Assembly (NCBI GenBank): GCA_032654565.1
Contig: JAULAX010000018.1
Coordinates: 256,001-320,000, forward strand
DNA from: Anaeromyxobacteraceae bacterium
Lineage (GTDB): Bacteria > Myxococcota > Myxococcia > Myxococcales > Anaeromyxobacteraceae
Direction: 5' to 3'
DNA length: 64,000 nucleotides
The notes under the pieces were generated by a model. It saw only the letters and a program-made list of their open reading frames with translations, had not been told where the DNA came from and ran no database searches. How positions within the stretch are numbered: position 1 is the stretch's first letter; each line of letters opens with the position of its first letter. A program made the position numbers and the translations under genes. Shown here one piece after another: positions 1 through 14,384 of the stretch.

Positions 1-1070
1 ATGCCGGCCACCTCGCGGGCGCCGCGCTCCAGCACCAGGTCAACCTCGGCGCCGTCACGATCCCGGTAGTGGTGGAAGTCGATCCGCTGGGGCAGGCCGC
101 TGGCGAGGCGTCGGAGCTCCTGCACAACGAAGGTCTCGAGGAGCTGGCCCAGCAGGCCACGATCAGCCGTGAGGGCGGCGGCGTCGAGGCCGAGGAGGGC
201 GCAGGCGAGGCCGCTGTCGCCGAGGTGGACCTTGGGCGTCTTGACGAGGCGGCTCAGCCGGTTGCCGTGCCACGGCGGGAGCTCGTCCACCAGGAAGACC
301 CGCTCGAGCAGCGTGACGTAGTCGCGGACCGTCGGGCGGCTCAGCCCGAGCGGCACGGAGAGATCGGAGACGTTGAGCAGCCGGGCGGTCTGGGCGCCGA
401 TCAGGGCGAGGAGGCGTGGGACGGCGTCGAGGGAGGCGATGCGGGCCAGCTCCCGGACATCGCGCTGGGCCATCGTCTCGATGTAGTCGCGGTACCAGGC
501 GGCGCGCCGGTGCGCGGCCGGTCGGGCCAGCGCGGCCGGGTAGCCGCCAGCGGCGATGAGCGCCGGGAGCTCGCGGCCGAGCCGCTTCCCGGTTCGGGTG
601 CGGTGCGAACCCGAGAAGAGCCGCGCGACGAACTCCGACCCGCCGCCGCCGAGTTCCGCCTGCGCGAAGGGGTGGAGCCTCACGATCTCCATCCGGCCCG
701 CCAGCGAGTCGGAGAGGCGCGGGAGGAGCAGGACGTTGGAGGAGCCGGTGAGGAGGAAGCGTCCGGGCCGGCGGTCGCGATCGACGGCGCGCTTCAGCGT
801 GGAGAAGAGCTGCGGGGCGCGCTGGACCTCGTCGAGGATGACCTCGGCGGGCAGGTCATCGACGAAGCCGGTGGGGTCCGCCTCTGCGGCGGCCAGGGTT
901 GCCGAGTCGTCGAACGTGAAGTAGGCGCGGCCGGTCCGGGCGCCGATCATCCTGGCCAACGTGGTCTTGCCGCACTGCCGCGGGCCGTGGATGAGTACCA
1001 CCGGCGTGTCGGCGAGCGCCTCCGTGACCCTGGGTTCGGCGAGGCGTGGGTGACTGGGCGGCCCGATCAT
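1..1070 (-). CDS. AAA_14 / DUF4143-type ATP-binding protein (3' end runs off the window)
   Basis: Not in the ORF track because it has no stop inside the window. Manual translation from ATG at 1070: MIGPPSHPRLAEPRVTEALADTPVVLIHGPRQCGKTTLAR (Walker A), later ILDEVQRAP (Walker B), FLLTGSSN, and at the edge HHYRDRDGAEVDLVLERGAREVAG, typical of the DUF4143 C-terminus. Confidence 0.9.
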   Translation of the reverse strand, partial: MIGPPSHPRLAEPRVTEALADTPVVLIHGPRQCGKTTLARMIGARTGRAYFTFDDSATLAAAEADPTGFVDDLPAEVILDEVQRAPQLFSTLKRAVDRDRRPGRFLLTGSSNVLLLPRLSDSLAGRMEIVRLHPFAQAELGGGGSEFVARLFSGSHRTRTGKRLGRELPALIAAGGYPAALARPAAHRRAAWYRDYIETMAQRDVRELARIASLDAVPRLLALIGAQTARLLNVSDLSVPLGLSRPTVRDYVTLLERVFLVDELPPWHGNRLSRLVKTPKVHLGDSGLACALLGLDAAALTADRGLLGQLLETFVVQELRRLASGLPQRIDFHHYRDRDGAEVDLVLERGAREVAG

Positions 1071-1077
1071 GCGCCGG

Positions 1078-1107
1078 ATGGTAGGGTCGCGCTCCGGCTG
1101 ATTGCAA
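1078..1107 (-). promoter_or_regulatory. Putative sigma70-type leaderless promoter of the ATPase gene
   Basis: On the minus strand TTGCAA (1107-1102), 18 nt, TACCAT (1083-1078), 7 nt, ATG (1070). No Shine-Dalgarno sequence. Confidence 0.6.
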
Positions 1108-1177
1108 GGTCATGGTCCGGCTACTTGCAAGGTCATGGTCCGGCTACTTGCAAGGTCATGGTCCGGCTGATCGAAGG
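1093..1177. repeat. 23-bp tandem repeat, 3 full units plus a partial unit
   Basis: TCCGGCTGATTGCAAGGTCATGG (1093-1115), TCCGGCTACTTGCAAGGTCATGG (1116-1138 and 1139-1161), partial TCCGGCTGATCGAAGG (1162-1177). Confidence 0.97.
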
Positions 1178-1300
1178 CCGCTCCGTCAGGAGCTGCCATG
1201 GAGGGCCCCGGCCGGACCTCCATGCTGCCCTTCGCCGCGTCCGTCGTTCGGAGCAGAACTCGGGAACGTCCTCGCCGGCCGGCGCTTCGACGCCGCGCCC

Positions 1301-3271
<1,971 letters not shown>

Positions 3272-3335
3272 CGGCAGCGGTCAGTATCGCGTCCCGGCGC
3301 CGCCGGCAAGGCGGGCGCCGGGGACGGGCCGGCGG

Positions 3336-3929
3336 CTACAGGTAGAAGCGGAAGAAGAGCAGCCCGAGGGTGTTGTAGGAGACGATGGAGGGCTGGTCGA
3401 TCACCCCGCCGCGCTTCAGCTCGCCGAACCCGGTGCGGCCCAGCTGGGCCTCGGCGCCGAGCGAGAAGCGCGGCGACGCCAGCCACTCACCGCCGGCGGC
3501 GAGGGCGAAGCGGAAGTCGGTGGCCGAGGCACTGACCCCGGCGGTGTTCTTGTCGCTGACGAAGTTGAGGCCGAGCCGGGCGCCGCCGTAGAAGTTGATG
3601 TCCTTGGCCGGCCGGGTCACGTAGAAGCCGCCGACGCCGAGGAAGAGGGCGCTCCCGGTGCCGCCCAGGTCCTGGTCGTAGCTGAAGTAACCGAGCGAGG
3701 GCTCGACGCGGAACTGGCCGAAGTTGATGGGGACGTAGATCTGGTTGGTGGGGAGCCGGTTGCCCATCATCACGCTGGTGATGTCGAAGGCGCCCACCGA
3801 GACCCCGAGGCCCACCTGGACCTTGTCGGCGGCCTTCTCCTCGGCGGGAGCGGCGGGGGCGGCGAGAGCGGGAGCGGCGAAGGCGAGGGCGGCGAGCAGG
3901 GCGGTGGCGCGGGCGAGCGTGCGGACCAT
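3336..3929 (-). CDS. Outer-membrane beta-barrel protein (OmpA/OmpW-like 8-strand type)
   Basis: GGAG RBS before ATG 3929, signal peptide, alternating amphipathic strands, aromatic C-terminus FFRFYL. Confidence 0.75.
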   Translation of the reverse strand: MVRTLARATALLAALAFAAPALAAPAAPAEEKAADKVQVGLGVSVGAFDITSVMMGNRLPTNQIYVPINFGQFRVEPSLGYFSYDQDLGGTGSALFLGVGGFYVTRPAKDINFYGGARLGLNFVSDKNTAGVSASATDFRFALAAGGEWLASPRFSLGAEAQLGRTGFGELKRGGVIDQPSIVSYNTLGLLFFRFYL

Positions 3930-4068
3930 GAGGACTCCGGTGTGAGGGTGGACGGCGGGCCTCTGGTCCGCCAAGGCGATATTCTACCCCCGCCGCGAGG
4001 CCCGTCCACATCTCGCTGCCAGGCGCGCCGGTGCGGCAGGACGCCGCGCGCGGGACGGGAAGGCCTCC

Positions 4069-5700
<1,632 letters not shown>

Positions 5701-6295
5701 GCGTGGCCTCGCGGGATCGGTGCGGCGGGGAAGATAGTCCAAAAGCGGCGGGGGCGCTCCCACGGCGGCGGCGCGGTATCCTGCGCCATGCCCACTCCGA
5801 AGCAGGCCAGCACGCCCCGCCGCCGCGCCACCGGGCCCCAGCCGCCCGCCCGCCCGCCCGACGGGGCGCCGCCCCCCGCCCCGACCCCCGCCTTCCTGCG
5901 CCGCTTCTTCCGCCGCGACCGGTTCGCCGCCGGCGCCGGCATCCGGCTGGTCGACTGCGGCCCGGGGCGGGCGGTGGCCCGCCTGACGCTCGACGCCGGC
6001 CACATGAACGGCGTGGACGTGGCCCAGGGAGGCGCCATCTTCACGCTGGCCGACTTCGCCTTCGCCGTGGCCTGCAACACCCGCGGGCCGGTGGCGCTGG
6101 CCATCGACGTCTCCATCTCCTTCCTGGCGGCCACCTCGCGCGGGACCCTGACCGCCACCGCGGTGGAGGTCTCGCGCTCGGCGCGCCTCTCCCGGGTCGA
6201 GGTGGCGGTGAAGGACGCCAAGGGGGGCACGGTGGCCCTCTTCCACGGCACCGCCTACGTCACCCGGGACTCCATCCACCAGGTGGCGGCGCGGG

Positions 6296-7644
<1,349 letters not shown>

Positions 7645-7648
<4 letters not shown>

Positions 7649-8979
7649 GCGCACCCCCGGGCCGCGCCGGCGTCGGTGGGCTCGGGCCCCGGCAGCCGCA
7701 GCGAGGCCTCGGTGCCGCCGCCCTGGCGCGAGGCCAGCGACAGGTCGCCGCCGTGCTGGCGCGCCAGCGCCCGGGCGATGGTGAGGCCGAGCCCGCTCCC
7801 CTGGGCCTTGGTGGTGACGCCGGGATCGAAGATCTGCCGCCCCAGCGCGGCGTCGAGCCCGCGGCCGCGGTCGGCCACCACCACCAGCGCCCCGCCGCCG
7901 GGGACCGCCTGGGCGCGCAGCAGCACCACCGACTCCGGGGCCGAGGCGTCGAGGGCGTTCTGCACCAGGTTGATGAGCACCTGCTTCACCTTGCGGGGGT
8001 CGCACCTCGCCGGGGCCGGGTCGGCGGCCTCCACCTCGATCTCCACGCCGCGCTCGTGGGCCAGCCCCTCGTGGAGCGCCGCCACCTCGCGGCAGAGCTC
8101 GCCGGCGTCGTGGTCGCCGAGCGCCAGCGGCACCAGCGGGCGCGAGAAGTTGAGGAACTCGTCGAGGATGGCCTGCATGCGATCCACCTCGTGGCGCAGC
8201 ACCGCCAGCCGCTCCGCCCCCTTGCCGCCGGCCGCCGCCAGCGCCGGCGCCAGCAGCCCGGCCAGCCCCTTCACCGAGGCCAGCGGGTTCTTCAGCTCGT
8301 GGGCGATCTCGGCGGAGAGGGCGGTCAGCTCCTCGGCCCGCTCGGCGTGGGACCGCAGCGACTCGGCCTGGGCCCGCACCGTGCGGCGCAGCATGGCGTC
8401 GAAGGCGCGGCGGACGAACCGCCCCAGCTGCCGGCTCAGCGCCAGCAGCACGGTGAAGGTGACGGCCGCGGTCCAGGTGCGGATGGTGGGGATGCGCCCC
8501 TCGCCGGAGAGGGCGGGGATGCGCAGCCAGAGATCGCCGCGGGTCAGCTCGAGGATGGTGAAGACGACCACCGTGAACATCTCCAGGCCCATCAGCCAGG
8601 TGGCCGCCGCCGGCGAGCCGAAGAGGCCGATGGCCACGGTCAGCACCACCATGACCGGCAGGAACGGGCTCTGCAGGCCGCCGCTGACGGCGCTGAAGGT
8701 GACGACGGCGAGGATGCCCACCACCAGGTTGCGGTCGATGGCGTGGCGGGAGAGGCCGCGCCGCTGCCAGCGCCGGAACTCGATGACGAAGATGGCGGCC
8801 AGCACCGGAACCGCCACGGCCAGGATGATGATGCGCCAGCCGGTGGGATCGACCCACCAGGTCCAGGCGAAGAGGACCACCAGCGCCGGGATCAGGGTGA
8901 GCCGGGCGCGGGTGAAGAGCCCGAAGAGCCGGGACATCTCCTGCCGCTGGATCTCCTCGAAGCCGTCCCGGGGGGTCAC
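7645..8979 (-). CDS. Membrane sensor histidine kinase
   Basis: About 5-6 N-terminal TM helices; H-box EIAHELKNPL, N-box QVLINLVQNALDA, DRGRG, TTKAQGSGLGL. GAGG RBS before GTG 8979 (start approximate). Confidence 0.93.
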
Positions 8980-9178
8980 GCGTGGTTCCTCGTGCGGCGC
9001 CGGCCGCGCCGGCAGGATACGACGGGCCGTCCCACCGCGCACGCTGGTGTCTTCCCCGAACCAGGCCATGGCGGGGACAGGAGCAAGAGGGATGCCGTCG
9101 GCGACGAGGGGCTGATCCGGCCGCGGGGGCCCGAAGTCCCGCCTCGGCGCGGGCGAGCCGTTCGAAGATCCGTACGCC

Positions 9179-9196
9179 CCGTCGGAATCCCGACGG
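9179..9196. promoter_or_regulatory. Palindrome, candidate enhancer (UAS) for the sigma-54 activator
   Basis: CCGTCGG-AATC-CCGACGG perfect 7-bp inverted repeat about 65 bp upstream of the -24 box. Confidence 0.4.
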
Positions 9197-9259
9197 CCCG
9201 GCGCGGCTCCAACCCACCGGATCGACCGGCTCCGGGCCCGCCAGGCGACGATCGCCTCG

Positions 9260-9276
9260 TCGGCACGCCGCTTGCC
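9260..9276 (+). promoter_or_regulatory. Sigma-54 (-24/-12) promoter of the HlyD/ABC operon
   Basis: TCGGCACGCCGCTTGCC: GG at 9262-9263 and GC at 9274-9275 with the canonical 10-nt spacing, about 50 bp before the ATG at 9325. Confidence 0.8.
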
Positions 9277-9324
9277 AGTGGGGGCGGGGGCGCGGTCCAA
9301 TGCGCAACCTTCCGGAGAGCCCAC

Positions 9325-10365
9325 ATGCGCCGTGTCGTCATCGCCCTGGTCGCCTTCACCGCCGTCCTCGCCACGCTCATCTCGCTGAAGGTCTGGCTCC
9401 AGGCCCGGGCCCTGGCGGCGCCGGCGGGCGGCTCCGGGCAGATCGAGGGGGTGGTGGTGGACCTGTCCTCCCGCGTCGGCGCCCGGGTGGTGGAGGTGAG
9501 GGTGCGCGAGGGGCAGGCGGTCAAGGCCGGCGACCTGCTGGTGCGGCTCGACTGCTCCGACCAGGACGCGGTGCTGGCCGAGGCCGAGGCCCGCCTCGCC
9601 ACCGCCCGGGCCCAGGCCAGCGCCGCCGGGGCCCAGCGCCAGTCGGCGGTCGGCTCCACGGCGGCGGCGCGGGCCGGCCAGGCGGCCGCCGGGGCCCAGG
9701 CCGCCTCGCTGGTGGCCCAGCGCGACGCCGCCGAGCGCCAGGCCCAGCGGGTGGCGGCCACGCCGGGCAGCGTCACCGAGGCCAGCATCGACCAGACCCG
9801 GTCGGCGGCCGACGGGCTGCTCCACCAGGCCGAGGCGGCGGCGGCGCAGGCCCGGGCCAGCGAGGCGCAGGCCCGGGCGGCCGAGGCCGGGGTGGGCGCG
9901 GCCGAGGCCCAGGCCCGGGCCGCCGAGGCCCAGGTGAAGGCGGCCGAGGCGTCGGTGGCGCGGGCCCGGCTGCTGGCGGGGGAGTGCGAGCTGAAGGCGC
10001 CGCGCGACGCCGAGGTGAGCAAGCTCCCGCACCAGGCGGGAGAGCTGGTGGCCCCCGGCGCGGTGCTGGTCCGCCTCGTCGACCTCTCCGAGCCGAAGGC
10101 CACCTTCTACCTGCCCAACGCCGAGGTCGCCGCCGTGAAGCCCGGGGCGGCGGCGCTGGTGGCGGCCGACGCCTGGCCCGGCCAGGCCTTCGAGGGGACG
10201 GTGCGGACCGTCTCGCTGGAGGCCGAGTTCACGCCCCGGAACATCCAGACCCGCACCGACCGCGACCGGCTGGTCTACCCGGTCGAGGTGACGGTGAAGG
10301 ATCCCGAGCACCGGCTGCGGGCCGGGATGCCGGTGCAGGTCACCATCCCCGGCACCGGGCGGTAG
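9325..10365 (+). CDS. HlyD-family periplasmic adaptor (YbhG-like)
   Basis: N-terminal anchor, lipoyl halves (VREGQAVKAGDLLVRLD; LKAPRDAEV), Ala-rich coiled coil, EAEFTPRNIQT...RLVYPV...LRAGMPV. Confidence 0.92.
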   Translation: MRRVVIALVAFTAVLATLISLKVWLQARALAAPAGGSGQIEGVVVDLSSRVGARVVEVRVREGQAVKAGDLLVRLDCSDQDAVLAEAEARLATARAQASAAGAQRQSAVGSTAAARAGQAAAGAQAASLVAQRDAAERQAQRVAATPGSVTEASIDQTRSAADGLLHQAEAAAAQARASEAQARAAEAGVGAAEAQARAAEAQVKAAEASVARARLLAGECELKAPRDAEVSKLPHQAGELVAPGAVLVRLVDLSEPKATFYLPNAEVAAVKPGAAALVAADAWPGQAFEGTVRTVSLEAEFTPRNIQTRTDRDRLVYPVEVTVKDPEHRLRAGMPVQVTIPGTGR

Positions 10366-10367
10366 CC

Positions 10368-11135
10368 ATGGTGGAGCAGGCCACCGCCGCGCCGGCGCCA
10401 CCGGCCATCGTCGCCCGCGACCTGCGCCGCCGCTTCGGCGCCGTGCAGGCCCTCGACGGGCTCGGCTTCACGGTGGCGCGCGGCGAGCTCTACGGCCTGG
10501 TCGGCCCGGACGGCGCCGGCAAGACCACCGCCATCCGGGCGCTGGCCGGCCTCATCGACCTCGACGGCGGCGAGGCGCGCATCCTCGGCCTCGACCCGGC
10601 CCGTGACGGCGCGGTGCGCGAGCGGCTGGGGCTGATGCCGCAGCAGTACAGCCTCTACCGCGACCTCACCGTGGGCGAGAACCTGCGCTTCTTCGGCCGG
10701 CTGGCGACGCTCTCCGGCCCCACCTACCGCGAGCGCGCCGCCCGGCTGCTGGCGCTGACCCGCCTGGCCCCCTTCGTGGATCGGCGCGCCGACCAGCTCT
10801 CCGGCGGCATGTACAAGAAGCTGGCCCTCTCCTGCGCCCTGCTCACCGAGCCGGAGGTGCTGCTGCTCGACGAGCCGACCAACGGCGTCGACCCTGTCTC
10901 GCGGCGCGAGCTCTGGGCCCTGCTCCACGAGTTCGTCGAGGGGGGCATGGCGGTGGTGATCAGCACGCCCTACATGGACGAGGCGGAGCGCTGCCACCGG
11001 GTGGGGCTGGTGCACCACGGCCGGCTGCTCCTCGAGGGGGCGCCGGAGCGGCTGCTGGCCGACTTCGAGCGGGCCGGCCACGCCCGGCCCACCTTCGAGG
11101 AGCTCTTCATCGACTCGATCGGGCGGGCCGCGTGA
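10368..11135 (+). CDS. ABC transporter ATP-binding protein (like the N-terminal half of YbhF)
   Basis: GPDGAGKT, LSGGMYKKLAL, LLLDEPTNGVDPVSRRE. Confidence 0.93.
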   Translation: MVEQATAAPAPPAIVARDLRRRFGAVQALDGLGFTVARGELYGLVGPDGAGKTTAIRALAGLIDLDGGEARILGLDPARDGAVRERLGLMPQQYSLYRDLTVGENLRFFGRLATLSGPTYRERAARLLALTRLAPFVDRRADQLSGGMYKKLALSCALLTEPEVLLLDEPTNGVDPVSRRELWALLHEFVEGGMAVVISTPYMDEAERCHRVGLVHHGRLLLEGAPERLLADFERAGHARPTFEELFIDSIGRAA

Positions 11136-12070
11136 GCCAGGCCATCGTGGTCCGCGACCTGACCCGACGCTTCGGCGCCTTCACCGCGGTGGACGCGGTC
11201 TCCTTCGAGGTGGAGCAGGGGGAGATCTTCGGCTACCTCGGGGCCAACGGCGCCGGCAAGAGCACCACCATCCGCATGCTCATCGGGCTGCTGGCGCCGA
11301 CCGGGGGCCGGGCCACCGTGGCCGGGCACGACGTGGCCTCCGCGCCGAGCCGGGTCAAGGAGTCGATCGGCTACATGTCGCAGAAGTTCTCGCTCTACCT
11401 CGACCTGCCGGTGGAGGAGAACCTGCTCTTCTTCGGCGCCGCCTACGGCCTTGAGGGGCGGGCGCTGCGGACCCGCGCCGGCGAGCTGCTGGAGCGGGTC
11501 GGCCTCGACGCCCAGCACGACGTCACCACCGGTGACCTGCCGGGCGGCCAGCGGCAGCGGCTGGCGCTGGCCTGCGCCCTGCTGCACCGGCCCGGCATCG
11601 TCTTCCTCGACGAGCCCACCGCCGGCGTCGATCCGGTGGCGCGCCGCGCCTTCTGGGAGCTGATCCGCGAGCTGGCCGCCGGCGGCACCACCGTCTTCGT
11701 CACCACCCACTACCTCGACGAGGCCGAGTACTGCCGGCGCATCGGGCTGATGGTGGACGGGAAGCTGGCGGCCCTCGACACCCCGGCCGGCCTGAAGGAG
11801 ACCTGGGTGCCGGACCGGGTGCTGGTGGCGCGCGGGCGCGGCCTGGCGGCGGCCGGCCCCCGGCTGGCCGGCGCGGCCGGGGTGAGGGCGGTGGCCCCCT
11901 TCGGCGCCGGGCTCCACCTGCGCGTCGACCCGGCCCGGCTCGACGGGGCCGCGGTGGCGGCGGCGCTGCGGGCGGCCGGGGCCGAGGCGGTGGAGGTGGA
12001 GGAGGCGGCGCCGACCCTCGAGGACGTCTTCCTGGCGGTGGTCGACCGCGGCGCGGGGGCGGCGCCGTGA
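11132..12070 (+). CDS. ABC transporter ATP-binding protein (like the C-terminal half of YbhF)
   Basis: GANGAGKS, GYMSQKFSLY, FLDEPTAGVDPVARRAFW; overlaps the previous stop. Confidence 0.93.
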   Translation: MSQAIVVRDLTRRFGAFTAVDAVSFEVEQGEIFGYLGANGAGKSTTIRMLIGLLAPTGGRATVAGHDVASAPSRVKESIGYMSQKFSLYLDLPVEENLLFFGAAYGLEGRALRTRAGELLERVGLDAQHDVTTGDLPGGQRQRLALACALLHRPGIVFLDEPTAGVDPVARRAFWELIRELAAGGTTVFVTTHYLDEAEYCRRIGLMVDGKLAALDTPAGLKETWVPDRVLVARGRGLAAAGPRLAGAAGVRAVAPFGAGLHLRVDPARLDGAAVAAALRAAGAEAVEVEEAAPTLEDVFLAVVDRGAGAAP

Positions 12071-13203
12071 CCGGCTCGCCGCTGCTCCGCTCGCTGCGCC
12101 GCATCGGCGCCATGGCCGGCAAGGAGACCATCCACGTCCGCCGCGACCCGCTCACCCTGGCGCTGGCGCTGGTGATGCCGGTGGTGATGCTCTTCCTCTT
12201 CGGCTACGGCGTCTCCAGCGACCTCGACCACATCCCGCTGGCCGTCGTCGACCAGGACCAGAGCGAGGCCTCGCGGGCGCTGGCGCTGGCCTTCGACGGG
12301 TCGCGCGAGTTCGCGGTGGTGGGGCGGACCGGCCCCGAGGGCGTCGAGGGGCTCTTCCGCGGCGGCGCGGCGGTGGCGGCGCTGGTGGTGCCGCGCGGCT
12401 ACCAGCAGGACCTGCTGCTGGGGCGCAAGGCCCAGGTCCAGCTCATGCTCGACGGCGCCGACCCGGTGGTGGGGAACCAGATCCTCTCCAAGGCCGACGC
12501 CATCGCCCGCGTCGAGAGCCAGCGGCTGGCCGGCGCCACCTTCGCCCGGCTCCAGCCCCCGCTGCAGGTCAAGGTCTGGACCCGCTACAACCCCGAGGGT
12601 CGCTCGGCGCTCTACATGGTCCCCGGGCTCTCGGCCTTCCTGCTGGCCATCACCGCGGTGATGCTGACGGCGCTGGCCATCGCCGGAGAGTGGGAGCGCG
12701 GGTCGATGGAGCAGCTCTTCGCCTCGCCGGTGGGCCGCCTCGAGATCGTGCTCGGCAAGCTGCTCCCCTACCTGGCGCTGGGGCTGCTGGAGCTTCTGCT
12801 GGTGGTGGCCTTCGGGGCCCTGGTCTTCGACGTCCCCATCCGCGGCAGCCTGCCCCTGATCATGCTCTTCGGCCTGGTCTTCCTGGCCGGCATGCTCGGG
12901 CAGGGGCTCTTCATCTCGGTGGTGGCCAAGAACCAGCTGGTGGCCACCCAGGCCGGGGCGCTCTCGGCCATGCTGCCGGCCATCATCCTCTCCGGCATGA
13001 TCTTCCCCATCGAGAACATGCCGCTGGCGCTGCAGGCCGTCTCGCGCCTGATCCCGTCCCGCTACCTGGTCCACAGCCTGCGCGGCATCCTGCTCAAGGG
13101 GAACGGGCTCGACGTGCTCTGGCCCGACCTGCTGGCCATGGCCCTCTTCGCGGTGGCCATCCTCGGGCTGGCCACCGCCCGCTTCAAGCGGAGGTTGGCG
13201 TGA
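12067..13203 (+). CDS. ABC-2 type permease (YbhS-like)
   Basis: KETIHVRRD, periplasmic loop with DGAD, RYNPE, EWERGSMEQL, six TM helices. Confidence 0.92.
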   Translation: MTGSPLLRSLRRIGAMAGKETIHVRRDPLTLALALVMPVVMLFLFGYGVSSDLDHIPLAVVDQDQSEASRALALAFDGSREFAVVGRTGPEGVEGLFRGGAAVAALVVPRGYQQDLLLGRKAQVQLMLDGADPVVGNQILSKADAIARVESQRLAGATFARLQPPLQVKVWTRYNPEGRSALYMVPGLSAFLLAITAVMLTALAIAGEWERGSMEQLFASPVGRLEIVLGKLLPYLALGLLELLLVVAFGALVFDVPIRGSLPLIMLFGLVFLAGMLGQGLFISVVAKNQLVATQAGALSAMLPAIILSGMIFPIENMPLALQAVSRLIPSRYLVHSLRGILLKGNGLDVLWPDLLAMALFAVAILGLATARFKRRLA

Positions 13204-14351
13204 GCGCCACCGGCTTCTGGCACACCGCCCGGCGCCAGCTGGGGGCGGTCTTCCGCAAGGAGGTCAGCCAGACCATCCGCGACCGGCGGGTCATGGTCCT
13301 GCTCATCGTGGCGCCGCTGGTGCAGACCGTGATGTTCGGCTTCGCCGTCGACTTCGACGTCGACCGGGTGCCCACCGTGCTGGTGGACCAGGATCGCAGC
13401 GACCAGGGCCGGCTGCTGGCCCGCCAGGTGCTGGCCGACCAGACCCTGCGCCACGCCGGCGACCTGGCCGGGATCCCCGAGGCCGACCACGCCCTCGACG
13501 ACGGCCGCGCCGCCGCGGCGCTGGTCTTCCCGCCCGGCCTGGCCCGCGATCTCGCCAGCCAGCGCCCCGCCGAGGTGCAGCTGCTGCTCGACGGCACCGA
13601 TCCCAACCGCGCCATGGTGGCCAGCGGCGCGGTCTCCCGCTACTTCGGCGAGGTGGGCGAGCGGCTCATCCGCGAGCGGCTGGAGGCGGCCGGGCGCCCG
13701 GCGCCGGCCCAGGTGGTGCTCTCGCCGCGGGTCCTCTACAACCCGCGGCTCAAGACCGCCCCCTACATCGTGCCCGGCATCGCCGGCACGCTGCTGGTCA
13801 TCGTCACCACGCTGGTCACCGCCATGGGGCTGTCGCGGGAGCGCGAGATGGGGACCATGGAGCAGGTGCTGGTGACCCCCATCCGCCCCCTCTGGCTGCT
13901 CATCGGCAAGCTGCTCCCCTTCCTGGTGATCGGGATCTTCGACGTGCTGCTGCTGGTGGCGGTGGGGAGCTGGGTCTTCGAGGTGCCGCTGCGGGGCAGC
14001 CTGCTGGTGGGCGCCACCGGGGTGCTGCTCTACCTCTTCTCCACGCTGGGGGTCGGGCTGCTGATCTCGACGCTCTCGCAGAACCAGCAGCAGGCCTTCC
14101 TGGGCGGCTTCATCTTCATGATGCCGGCCATCCTGCTCTCCGGGGTGATGACGCCCATCCGCGGCATGCCCGGCTGGCTGCAGGTGATCACCTGGCTCAA
14201 CCCGGTGCGCCACTTCGCCGAGGTGATGCGCGGGGTGCTGATGCGGGGCGCCGGCTTCGGCGACCTCTGGTTCCAGCTGGCCTTCCTGGCGGCGCTCGGC
14301 GTCGGGGTGATGGCGCTGGCGGTGGCCCGCTTCCGCACCCAGCTGGCCTGA
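13200..14351 (+). CDS. ABC-2 type permease (YbhR-like)
   Basis: KEVSQTIRD, DGTDPN, LYNPRL, REREMGTMEQVLVTP; GTG overlaps the previous TGA. Confidence 0.92.
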   Translation: MSATGFWHTARRQLGAVFRKEVSQTIRDRRVMVLLIVAPLVQTVMFGFAVDFDVDRVPTVLVDQDRSDQGRLLARQVLADQTLRHAGDLAGIPEADHALDDGRAAAALVFPPGLARDLASQRPAEVQLLLDGTDPNRAMVASGAVSRYFGEVGERLIRERLEAAGRPAPAQVVLSPRVLYNPRLKTAPYIVPGIAGTLLVIVTTLVTAMGLSREREMGTMEQVLVTPIRPLWLLIGKLLPFLVIGIFDVLLLVAVGSWVFEVPLRGSLLVGATGVLLYLFSTLGVGLLISTLSQNQQQAFLGGFIFMMPAILLSGVMTPIRGMPGWLQVITWLNPVRHFAEVMRGVLMRGAGFGDLWFQLAFLAALGVGVMALAVARFRTQLA

Positions 14352-14384
14352 CCGCCGGCCCCGGCGCCGCGCCGCGCCGGCGGC

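Noticed and set aside
1093..1177. CRISPR array
   Set aside because: The units are head-to-tail with no unique spacers, and there are no cas genes in the window.
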